Source: the human T2T-CHM13v2.0 reference genome, Homo sapiens
Strand: one strand, 5' to 3'
NCBI RefSeq assembly: GCF_009914755.1
Contig: NC_060941.1
Length of the DNA stretch: 64,000 bases
This document shows, one piece after another, positions 63,665-64,000 of this stretch. Each line of letters begins with the position of its first letter. Position 1 is the stretch's first letter. The notes under the pieces are model-generated. The model did no database searches. It saw only the letters and a program-made list of their open reading frames with translations, and was not told the origin of the DNA. Position numbers and translations under genes: made by a program.

Positions 63665-64000
63665 GAATTCGTTGGAAACGGGATAATTTCAGCTGACTAA
63701 ACAGAAGCAGTCTCAGAATCTTCTTTGTGATGTTTGCATTCAAATCCCAGAGTTGAACTTTCCTTTCAAAGTTCACGTTTGAAACACTCTTTTTGCAGGA
63801 TCTACAAGTGGATATTTGGACCACTCTGTGTCCTTCGTTCGAAACGGGTATATCTTCACATGACATCTAGACAGAAGCATTCTCAGAAGCTTCTCTGTGA
63901 TGACTGCATTCAACTCACGGAGTTGAACACTCCTTTTGAGAGCGCAGTTTTGAAACTCTCTTTCTGTGGCATCTACAAGGGGACATGTAGACCTCTCTGA

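Larger units (their letters stand above)
1..64000 (+). repeat. Centromeric alpha-satellite tandem array (167-171 bp monomers, head-to-tail, single orientation)
   Basis: Alphoid motifs CAGAAGCATTCTCAGAAAC, TGTGATG..TGCATTCAACTCACAGAGTTGAAC, TTTGAAACACTCTTTTTGTAGAATCTGCAAGTGGA and TTTCGTTGGAAACGGGA recur every ~170 bp from first base to last, with no visible interruption. Confidence 0.99.

Noticed and set aside
1-64000. CRISPR-like or other repeat-spacer system
   Set aside because: The sequence between conserved motifs is itself repeated in every HOR. There are no unique spacers and no cas or other genes.
1-64000. Transposon (L1/Alu) insertion or array inversion
   Set aside because: All anchor spacings are explained by whole monomer counts plus 1-3 bp indels. 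I saw no poly(A) tail, no foreign sequence and no reverse-orientation monomer.

Overview
The whole 64 kb window is one uninterrupted, single-orientation array of primate centromeric alpha-satellite DNA (167-171 bp monomers). It is organised as a ~2,715 bp 16-monomer higher-order repeat (HOR) with one EcoRI site per unit and a pentameric (suprachromosomal family 3) substructure, best matching human chromosome 17 D17Z1 (p17H8-type 16-mer). The chromosome call is from recognition, not a database search. Between 25 periodic EcoRI sites (545 to 63665) there are 24 complete units: 16 16-mers, six 15-mers, one 9-mer and one 17-mer. I see no gene, RNA gene, transposon insertion or inversion, and all listed ORFs are periodic artefacts of the repeat. 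I find no new gene-encoded biological system. What is informative is the array's structural history: a 5,429 bp two-HOR tandem duplication, a 9-mer deletion with a matching micro-conversion, and a hypervariable three-monomer run producing at least four different 15-mer junctions, a 17-mer and a possible re-expanded 16-mer. There is also a haplotype switch near 31-33.5 kb and patchy CENP-B box loss that appears to stop after ~50 kb.
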